Origin: Basidiobolus meristosporus CBS 931.73
Lineage: Eukaryota > Fungi > Basidiobolomycota
Assembly (NCBI GenBank): GCA_002104905.1
Contig: MCFE01000289.1
Coordinates: 38,849 to 102,848, forward strand
Length of the DNA stretch: 64,000 bases
Direction: 5' to 3'
The first letter of the stretch is position 1; every line of letters starts with the position of its first letter. Positions 63,640-64,000 of the stretch are shown here, one piece after another. The position numbers were made by a program, and so were the translations under genes. The notes below the pieces were generated by a model. That model was given only the letters and a program-made list of their open reading frames with translations. It did not search any database and was not told where the DNA came from.

Positions 63640-63789
63640 TTAGTACTAGCAGCTTTGAATTAATTACCATCTACACAATCATGCAACAGGATTACAATTG
63701 CATTTTGCTAATTTTACAGCCAAACAAAGTTGATAAAATGTAGTAGTGTTTGTATAATTCTTTGCCAAGGGTGGTATGACTTTGTTATT
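63640..63789 (-). mobile_element. CACTA-like right-arm subterminal fragment abutting the telomere
   Basis: Reverse complement TTTGGCTGTAAAATTAGCAAAA...GATTGTGTAGATGG..AATTCAAAGCTGCTAGTA matches 28060-28175, 36660-36740 and 62890-62975. Confidence 0.65.
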
Positions 63790-64000
63790 TTAGGGTTAGG
63801 GTTAGGGTTAGGGTTAGGGTTAGGGTTAGGGTTAGGGTTAGGGTTAGGGTTAGGGTTAGGGTTAGGGTTAGGGTAGGGTTAGGGTTAGGGTTAGGGTTAG
63901 GGTTAGGGTTAGGGTTAGGGTTAGGGTTAGGGTTAGGGTTAGGGTTAGGGTTAGGGTTAGGGTTAGGGTTAGGGTTAGGGTTAGGGTTAGGGTTAGGGTT
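63790..64000 (+). repeat. Telomere (TTAGGG)n, G-rich strand running to the window end
   Basis: About 35 tandem units with one TAGGG variant near 63874. Confidence 0.99.

Overview
Terminal 64 kb of a chromosome arm from an intron-containing eukaryote, most likely an early-diverging (non-Dikarya) fungus. That assignment is inferred from short GT-AG introns with CTAAC branch points, TTAGGG telomeres, and SNAPC1, presenilin and CigA-like genes. About 1-16.2 kb is gene-dense: DHHC palmitoyltransferase, SNAPC1/SNAP43, O-fucosyltransferase-like protein, rhomboid protease, alanine aminotransferase, uL1, Pol III C11, a predicted zf-MYND-presenilin fusion, an orphan gene and an amino-acid transporter. 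About 16.7-63.8 kb is a CpG-depleted block of nested transposons. It is dominated by one ~5.8 kb CMC/EnSpm (CACTA-like) family with CCCTATG termini that carries a transposase and a divergently oriented accessory gene. It also holds solo LTRs of three families, a ~730 bp foldback element, Ty1/copia relics and one young Ty3/gypsy element. The window ends in a (TTAGGG)n telomere joined directly to a transposon fragment. All exon joins, alignments and TSDs were read by eye, so coordinates may be off by a few bases.
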